Shown: positions 57,315 through 64,000 of the stretch, one piece after another
Layout: each line of letters begins with the position of its first letter
How positions within the stretch are numbered: the stretch's first letter is position 1
Assembly: GCA_947259395.1 (NCBI GenBank)
Contig: CAMYMN010000012.1
Coordinates: 245 to 64,244 of the forward strand
Length of the DNA: 64,000 nucleotides
Source: an uncultured Gammaproteobacteria bacterium
Lineage (GTDB): Bacteria > Pseudomonadota > Gammaproteobacteria > Arenicellales > JAANXG01
Reading direction: 5' to 3'
Notes under the pieces: model-generated
What the model was told of the DNA's origin: nothing
The model's input: the letters and a program-made list of their open reading frames with translations, nothing else
Databases searched by the model: none
Made by a program: the position numbers and the translations under genes

Positions 57315-59292
57315 ACTCGACGATGGGCTGATCGACCGACAGCGTGTCACCTGGCCATGCATGGACAGTGAGCACCGTGCCGTCGCGCTCCGCACGCAAG
57401 GTATTTTCCATCTTCATCGCCTCAACCACAGCGATTTCTTCACCTGCCTTGACTTCCTGTTCCGGCTTCACCGCGAGGGAAGTAAGGAGCCCGGGCATGG
57501 GAGACAGCAGAAATTTCGACATATCCGGTGGCTTTTTAATCGGCATGTGCTGATACAACTGGGCCACGCGTGGAGTCAGGACCATGACCGTAGCTGCCGA
57601 ACCACCGTGAAACAACACATAACTCATATCACGACGTTCCACCTGCACACACAGTTCAGCGCCGTTGAATGTGCCTTCGAACAGGGGTCGTCCAAACTGC
57701 CAGTCACTGCGTACCGCGAAGACCTCACCGCTATATTCAACATCATGACCGCCATCGGTCGCGGTTACGCAAACCGGATGGTACTGTCCGTCTATGACCA
57801 CCACCCAGTTGTCCCGTACTTTACGCTCGTGCCCCGGCATCTGACCGCTGATCGTAGCGGCACGATCACGATAGCGGCGATTGATGGACGCAGCCACGGC
57901 AATAATCATCGCCGGATCTTCGTGGGGGGCGTCAGCAGCGTGGAAACCATCCGGATATTCTTCGGCAATCAAGTTGGTGCTCAGTCGACCGTCAATAAAT
58001 CGTGGATGAACGATTAGCGACGCCAAAAAACTGATGTTGTGTGACACACCGCGGATATAATATCGGTCTAATGCTTCACGCATGCGTTGGATCGCTTGAT
58101 CACGTGTCGCACCGTATGTAACCAATTTGGCGATCATGGGGTCGTAATAAATCGATACTTCTCCACCCTCGAACACGCCGGTATCGACACGTACATGATC
58201 TGTCTCCTCAGGCGGTAGGTACCGAAAAAGACGTCCGGTAGAGGGCAGGAAGTTACGAAATGGATCCTCGGCGTACACCCGGCACTCGATCGCCGATCCT
58301 GTCAAATCAATGTCACCCTGGGCGACAGGTAATTGCTCGCCATCAGCCACGCGGATCATTAATTCAACCAGATCAAGTCCGGTGACAAACTCCGTGATCG
58401 GGTGTTCGACTTGTAACCGGGTGTTCATCTCAAGGAAATAGAAATTCTTGTCAGCGTCAACAATGAACTCAACCGTGCCCGCTGATTTGTAGTGCACGGC
58501 TTTCGCCAGGGCCACCGCCTGCTCGCCCATTGCACTTCTCATCACCTCGTCGACAAATGGTGACGGTGCCTCCTCGATCACTTTCTGATGGCGACGCTGG
58601 ATTGAGCACTCGCGTTCGCCCAAGTACACAATGTTTCCGTGTTCGTCGGCAATGACCTGAATCTCTATGTGGCGCGGTTCCTGGATGAATTTCTCTAGCA
58701 AGATACGATCATCGCCAAAACTGGATAACGCCTCGCTCGCGGCTCGTTGGAATCCATCGCGACATTCATCATCGTTCCAGGCGACACGCATCCCTTTACC
58801 GCCACCGCCGGCGCTCGCCTTGAGCATTACCGGGTAACCAATCTTCTTGGCGACCTCCACCGCATGATCGGGATTGTCAATGACACCGGCGAACCCCGGT
58901 ATCGTATTGACGCCGGCCTCGTCGGCGAGTTTTTTGGAGGTAATCTTGTCCCCCATGGCCTCGATTGCGTCCGGCCCGGGACCGATAAATACGATCCCTT
59001 GTTCTTGTAGAGCCCGGGCAAACCCAGCGTTCTCGGAGAGGAAACCGTAACCTGGATGCACCGCTTGCGCGCCGGTGTCGCGGCAAACCTGGATGATACG
59101 TTCGGCAACCAGATAACTCTCGGTACTCGCAGATGGACCGATGTGGACCGCCTCATCTGCCATCTGAACGTGTAAGGCGCCGCGATCGGCATCGGAATAT
59201 ACGGCCACAGTATCGATACCCATCTTCCGCGCAGTTTTGAAAACCCGGCAGGCTATTTCACCACGGTTTGCAACCAAGATTTTCTTAATCAT
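57307..59292 (-). CDS. pccA: Propionyl-CoA carboxylase alpha subunit (biotin carboxylase + BCCP)
   Basis: ANRGEIA, HPGYGFLSEN, GGGGKGMR, EMNTRLQVEH, EAMKM biotin site. Confidence 0.95.
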   Translation of the reverse strand: MIKKILVANRGEIACRVFKTARKMGIDTVAVYSDADRGALHVQMADEAVHIGPSASTESYLVAERIIQVCRDTGAQAVHPGYGFLSENAGFARALQEQGIVFIGPGPDAIEAMGDKITSKKLADEAGVNTIPGFAGVIDNPDHAVEVAKKIGYPVMLKASAGGGGKGMRVAWNDDECRDGFQRAASEALSSFGDDRILLEKFIQEPRHIEIQVIADEHGNIVYLGERECSIQRRHQKVIEEAPSPFVDEVMRSAMGEQAVALAKAVHYKSAGTVEFIVDADKNFYFLEMNTRLQVEHPITEFVTGLDLVELMIRVADGEQLPVAQGDIDLTGSAIECRVYAEDPFRNFLPSTGRLFRYLPPEETDHVRVDTGVFEGGEVSIYYDPMIAKLVTYGATRDQAIQRMREALDRYYIRGVSHNISFLASLIVHPRFIDGRLSTNLIAEEYPDGFHAADAPHEDPAMIIAVAASINRRYRDRAATISGQMPGHERKVRDNWVVVIDGQYHPVCVTATDGGHDVEYSGEVFAVRSDWQFGRPLFEGTFNGAELCVQVERRDMSYVLFHGGSAATVMVLTPRVAQLYQHMPIKKPPDMSKFLLSPMPGLLTSLAVKPEQEVKAGEEIAVVEAMKMENTLRAERDGTVLTVHAWPGDTLSVDQPIVEFA

Positions 59293-59333
59293 CGTGACCT
59301 TATAACTATTATTAATGGTTAGTGTTGGAAACC

Positions 59334-60866
59334 TCAGAGCGGCAGATTCTCGTGTTTGCGCCACGGATTTTCCAGTTTCTTGTCGCGCAACATGGCGAGG
59401 GAGCGGCAGATGCGCTGGCGCGTCGCATGGGGCGCAATGACGTCATCGATATAACCCCGGTGTCCGGCGATAAACGGATTTGCAAATTTCTGCCGATATT
59501 CTTCGGTGTGTGCCGCGATCTTTTCCTCATCATCGATGTCTTTACGGAAGATAATTTCAACCGCCCCTTTCGGTCCCATGACCGCTATCTCGGCACTGGC
59601 CCAAGCGAAGTTGACGTCGCCGCGCAGGTGCTTGGAACTCATCACGTCGTAGGCACCCCCATAAGCCTTTCGCGTTATTATCGTCACCTTGGGGACCGTG
59701 GTCTCTGCATAAGCAAATAAAAGCTTGGCCCCATGTTTGATAATGCCGCCATACTCCTGGGCAGTACCCGGAAGAAAGCCCGGAACATCTACGAATGTGA
59801 TAATCGGAATATTGAAAGCGTCACAAAAGCGGACGAACCTCGCCGCCTTGATGGAGGACTTGATATCCAGGCAACCGGCCAGCACTAATGGTTGGTTCGC
59901 AACGAGACCGACAGGATTACCGTCCATACGTCCGAACCCAACGACGATGTTCTGCGCGTGCTCGGGCTGGATCTCAAAAAAATCAGTGTCATCCACTACT
60001 TTGTATATCAATTCCTTCATGTCATAAGGCACATTGGGGTTCTCGGGCACCAATGTGTCCAGTGACACTTCAATTCGATCAGCATGATCCGGAGTCGGCC
60101 TGAAGGGCGGCTTTTCCCGGTTATTCGCGGGTAAATAGTTGATGAAACGACGCACCATTAACAACCCCTTCACGTCATTGTCGAACGCCCGGTCACAAAC
60201 TCCGGATACCGTTGAATGGGTGACCGCACCGCCAAGCTGCTCGGCGGTGACCGTCTCGTGAGTCACCGTCTTCACAACATCAGGACCGGTTACGAACATG
60301 TACGATGTGTCCTTGACCATAAAGATAAAATCGGTCATTGCCGGTGAATAAACCGCACCCCCTGCGCAGGGCCCCATTATCACGGAAATCTGCGGTATCA
60401 CGCCCGATGCCATTACGTTGCGTTGAAATACTTCTGCGTAACCACCGAGTGAGGCGACACCTTCCTGAATGCGCGCACCACCGGAGTCGTTGAGTCCGAT
60501 CACCGGCACACCTACCTTCATCGCATGGTCCATGATCTTGCAGATCTTTTCGGCATGGGCCTCGGACAACGAACCGCCGAACACGGTGAAGTCCTGACTA
60601 AATACAAACACCACACGGCCATTGATCGTACCGTAGCCTGTTACCACACCATCCCCGGGAATCTTGTTGTCGGCCATACCGAAATCGACGCAACGATGCT
60701 CCACGAACATGTCCCACTCCTCGAAACTCCCTTCGTCAAGCAGCAACTCAATCCGTTCTCGCGCTGTCAGCTTTCCCTTTTTATGTTGCGCGTCGATCCG
60801 CTTTTGGCCCCCGCCAAGCAGGGCGGCGGTTCGCTTTTCTTTTAGTTGTCCGATGATGTCCTGCAT
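59334..60866 (-). CDS. pccB: Propionyl-CoA carboxylase beta subunit
   Basis: [51 protein letters not shown]. Confidence 0.95.
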   Translation of the reverse strand: MQDIIGQLKEKRTAALLGGGQKRIDAQHKKGKLTARERIELLLDEGSFEEWDMFVEHRCVDFGMADNKIPGDGVVTGYGTINGRVVFVFSQDFTVFGGSLSEAHAEKICKIMDHAMKVGVPVIGLNDSGGARIQEGVASLGGYAEVFQRNVMASGVIPQISVIMGPCAGGAVYSPAMTDFIFMVKDTSYMFVTGPDVVKTVTHETVTAEQLGGAVTHSTVSGVCDRAFDNDVKGLLMVRRFINYLPANNREKPPFRPTPDHADRIEVSLDTLVPENPNVPYDMKELIYKVVDDTDFFEIQPEHAQNIVVGFGRMDGNPVGLVANQPLVLAGCLDIKSSIKAARFVRFCDAFNIPIITFVDVPGFLPGTAQEYGGIIKHGAKLLFAYAETTVPKVTIITRKAYGGAYDVMSSKHLRGDVNFAWASAEIAVMGPKGAVEIIFRKDIDDEEKIAAHTEEYRQKFANPFIAGHRGYIDDVIAPHATRQRICRSLAMLRDKKLENPWRKHENLPL

Positions 60867-60955
60867 GAGCCCCTCCCCATATTGATTATGATCATTTGGC
60901 GGGTCCGCTCATCAGCAGACCCCGTATGGCTTTGGTGACTGTTCCTAGATCTGGG

Positions 60956-63109
60956 CTAGGCAGCAGCCCGATGTCCCCGAATGAGACGCAGCACCTCCTT
61001 AGCGGCTTCAGGGATCTTCGTGCCCGGCCCGTAAATGGCGGCAACGCCCTGGTTTTTGAGATATTCGTAGTCCTGAGGCGGAATCACACCGCCACACACA
61101 ACAAAGATCTCATTCGCACCATTGGCCTTGAGGTCGTCGATTAGCTGCGGCACGAGTGTTTTGTGTCCTGCAGCTTGAGTAGAAACCCCAACCACATGGA
61201 CGTCATTTTCAATCGCCTGGCGGGCTGCCTCGTCCGGAGTCTGAAACAGAGGACCGATGTCAACATCAAAACCAATATCGGCGAAGGCGGTAGCAATCAC
61301 CTTGGCACCGCGGTCGTGGCCGTCCTGGCCCATTTTTACTACCAGGATTCTCGGCCGGCGGCCTTCTTCCTCCGCGAACGCCTCTACCTCGCGCTTGATG
61401 TTGATGAAATCCTCATCACCGACGTAAGCAGATCCATACACGCCACTAATTGAACGAATCTCAGGACGGTGCCGACTGTATACCTTTTCCAGGGTTTCAG
61501 AAACCTCGCCGACGCTGGCACGGGCCCGCGCGGCGCCTATAGCCAACGCCAAAAGATTACCGGAATTGGTCTCTGCGGCCACTCTGAGCGCCTCCAAGGC
61601 GGCCTGACAGTCAGACTCGTCACGTTCCCGCCGAACGGCATGCAAGCGTTGTATCTGTGCTTCACGCACTGCGGTGTTGTCTATGTCGCGAATATCTACC
61701 GGCGGCTCATCCTGTAACCGATACTTGTTGACGCCAACGATGACTTCTTCGCCTCGATCGATGCGCGCTTGGCGCAGTGCCGCCGCCTGCTCGATACGCA
61801 GCTTCGGCATCCCCGACTCTACCGCTTTGGTCATACCGCCCAATGCCTCCACTTCATCAATGAGTTCCCCGGCATTCTTGACCAACGACGCAGTCAAGCT
61901 TTCTAGGTAGTAAGAGCCAGCCAACGGATCGACGACCCTGGTGATACCCGTCTCCTCCTGCAACACCAATTGTGTGTTGCGGGCGATGTGGGCCGAGAAT
62001 TCGGTGGGCAATGCCAACGCCTCATCGAAAGAGTTTGTGTGCAAAGATTGTGTTCCGCCCAACGCCGCGGCTAACGCCTCAATCGTGGTGCGAATGATGT
62101 TGTTATAGGGATCTTGACTGGTAAGACTGACGCCCGATGTCTGACAATGGGTGCGCAACATCAGCGAGCGATCATCTTTGGGCTGAAACAAGTGTTGCAT
62201 CAGGGATGCCCATAACAATCGCGCTGCACGCAGTTTCGCAATCTCCATAAATAGATTCATACCGATGCCAAAGAAAAAAGACAGCCGCGGGGCAAAGGCA
62301 TCGACCTCCAGGCCTGTCGCGATCGCGGAGCGCACGTATTCGATTCCGTCGGCGAGCGTGAACGCCAATTCTTGCACACAGGTGGCTCCGGCTTCTTGCA
62401 TGTGGTAACCAGAGATCGAAACCGAATTGAACTTTGGCATGTAACCCGCGGTGTAGCCAATGATGTCAGAGACGATCCGCATCGACGGTTCAGGCGGATA
62501 GATATACGTGTTCCGCACCATGAACTCTTTGAGAATGTCGTTTTGCAAAGTGCCGGCTAGTTTATCCGGGCTGACGCCTTGTTCCTCGGCGGCGATTATG
62601 TACATCGCCATGATCGGTAGCACCGCGCCATTCATGGTCATCGACACCGACATTCGATCCAGTGGAATACCGGAGAACAAGATCTTCATATCCTCGACCG
62701 TATCAATGGCAACGCCGGCCTTGCCGACGTCGCCGAGCACCCGTGGATGATCAGAGTCATAACCACGATGAGTGGCGAGATCAAAGGCGACAGAAAGACC
62801 GGTTTGACCGGCTGCAAGGTTTTTGCGATAAAACTCATTGGATTTTTCGGCGGTGGAAAAGCCGGCATATTGCCGCACCGTCCACGGTCGGCCTGGGTAC
62901 ATGGTCGCCCGTGGCCCGCGAGTGTACGGTGGAAAACCGGGCAGCCCGTCGACATGTTCCAATCCCTCGAGGTCCTGAGCGGTATACAGCGGCTTGACCT
63001 CGATACCTTCGGGCGTTTCCCACACCAGATCGTCCACCGAGTTACCCTTGAGTTCTTTGGCCGCCAAATCGGTCCAATTCGCCATTGTGTACTTCGGGTG
63101 TTTGGCCAT
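60956..63109 (-). CDS. scpA: Methylmalonyl-CoA mutase (B12-dependent)
   Basis: [46 protein letters not shown] (DxHxxG). Confidence 0.97.
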   Translation of the reverse strand: MAKHPKYTMANWTDLAAKELKGNSVDDLVWETPEGIEVKPLYTAQDLEGLEHVDGLPGFPPYTRGPRATMYPGRPWTVRQYAGFSTAEKSNEFYRKNLAAGQTGLSVAFDLATHRGYDSDHPRVLGDVGKAGVAIDTVEDMKILFSGIPLDRMSVSMTMNGAVLPIMAMYIIAAEEQGVSPDKLAGTLQNDILKEFMVRNTYIYPPEPSMRIVSDIIGYTAGYMPKFNSVSISGYHMQEAGATCVQELAFTLADGIEYVRSAIATGLEVDAFAPRLSFFFGIGMNLFMEIAKLRAARLLWASLMQHLFQPKDDRSLMLRTHCQTSGVSLTSQDPYNNIIRTTIEALAAALGGTQSLHTNSFDEALALPTEFSAHIARNTQLVLQEETGITRVVDPLAGSYYLESLTASLVKNAGELIDEVEALGGMTKAVESGMPKLRIEQAAALRQARIDRGEEVIVGVNKYRLQDEPPVDIRDIDNTAVREAQIQRLHAVRRERDESDCQAALEALRVAAETNSGNLLALAIGAARARASVGEVSETLEKVYSRHRPEIRSISGVYGSAYVGDEDFINIKREVEAFAEEEGRRPRILVVKMGQDGHDRGAKVIATAFADIGFDVDIGPLFQTPDEAARQAIENDVHVVGVSTQAAGHKTLVPQLIDDLKANGANEIFVVCGGVIPPQDYEYLKNQGVAAIYGPGTKIPEAAKEVLRLIRGHRAAA

Positions 63110-63444
63110 GTTCTATCTGACCCCAACAGGCATGTTGCGTTAGTAAACCGTCTTATCCGTTAAATTCGCCTATCACATAGGTACATCGCTATTCCGCGCC
63201 GCATTCACCAATCCAGTGATTGCGTCGATACGTGGGCCGGACAGCAACCCTACTGATACCGGGTGATTATAACCGCAAACGAGGCACAGAGCGCCGGACT
63301 GAAGGTTGCGATCAAATAGATAACAGATAATTTGGTTCTGGGCCAATGACTACGGTATCGAATTTTCCGGACCCGGAGATGCTTAATCTTTCTATAATGC
63401 ATACGCAACCAGCCCCCGCCGCAACCACATCGGAGGATATGACC

Positions 63445-64000
63445 ATGCCAAAGGTGTTGACTGAATTTCGGGACGCGATTGGTGTTATCACACTCAATCA
63501 TCCGCAAAAACACAACGCACTCAGTGCCGCGCTCATCGACGATCTCGCAGATGCCCTGGCGGACCTCAAGAGGCAGCAGGCGCGGGCCGCGATCCTGCGC
63601 GCACCACCGGGCGCGAAGGTGTGGTCTGCCGGTCACGACGTTCGTGAGCTGCCTCGCACGAGGCGCGATCCGCTTGCTTACAGCGATCCATTGCGCAGGG
63701 CGGTGCGCGAGGTGGAGAGTTTCCCGGCACCGATTATCGCCATGATCGAGGGTGGAGTATGGGGTGGCGCGTGTGAGGTAGCGCTAGCCTGCGATCTGTT
63801 GACCGCCGCTCCCAATGCGACCTTTGCCATCACGCCGGCCAAGCTGGGGGTGCCATACAACCTGACCGGAATTCTTACGGTCATGAAACGGGTGAATATG
63901 GCGATCCTCAAAGAGATGTTCTATACCGCAGAACCCATTGACGCCGCGCGCGCCGAGCATCTGGGCATCATCAATTATGTCGTCGACGCCGAGCAGCTCG
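63445..64000 (+). CDS. scpB: Methylmalonyl-CoA decarboxylase (crotonase fold), truncated by the window end
   Basis: Not in the ORF track. Manual translation after a GGAGG RBS: MPKVLTEF...KHNALS...GAKVWSAGHDVRELP...RDPLAYSDPLR...IEGGVWGGACE...AITPAKLGVPYN. Confidence 0.85.
   Translation, partial: MPKVLTEFRDAIGVITLNHPQKHNALSAALIDDLADALADLKRQQARAAILRAPPGAKVWSAGHDVRELPRTRRDPLAYSDPLRRAVREVESFPAPIIAMIEGGVWGGACEVALACDLLTAAPNATFAITPAKLGVPYNLTGILTVMKRVNMAILKEMFYTAEPIDAARAEHLGIINYVVDAEQL

Noticed and set aside
63110-63444. Cobalamin riboswitch upstream of the B12-dependent mutase
   Set aside because: No B12-box or GGGAA...GCAACTGT-type conserved elements seen on either strand.

Overview
This is a bacterial chromosomal segment of mid-50s % GC (judged by eye), and its gene content suggests an environmental Gammaproteobacterium. 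It is densely coding. In order it holds: a TPR/FG-GAP lipoprotein; an MFS-acyltransferase fusion; a degP + two-component locus; an uncharacterised gene pair behind a CIRCE-like operator; a large NAD-glutamate dehydrogenase coupled to a minimal kinase and a PP2C phosphatase; an M48-LysM protease; a FimW-like protein; a K+ channel; a phasin with promoter, PhaR-type boxes and terminator; a fused GltD/NfnB + PyrK/NfnA-like flavoprotein; an unusual membrane-spanning degenerate HD-GYP / repeat stalk / FGE-sulfatase-fold protein; glycerate-pathway genes; a TetR/LolA-like/SPOR-porin cluster; a small accessory patch (cassette-like methyltransferase with a half attC-like site, plus an IS110/IS1111-type element); and a malonate/methylmalonyl-CoA cluster (TRAP with broken dctM, matA, fabD, mce, meaB, pccAB, scpA, scpB). 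I found no rRNA, tRNA or CRISPR array. All calls rest on motif recognition by eye; no searches were run.
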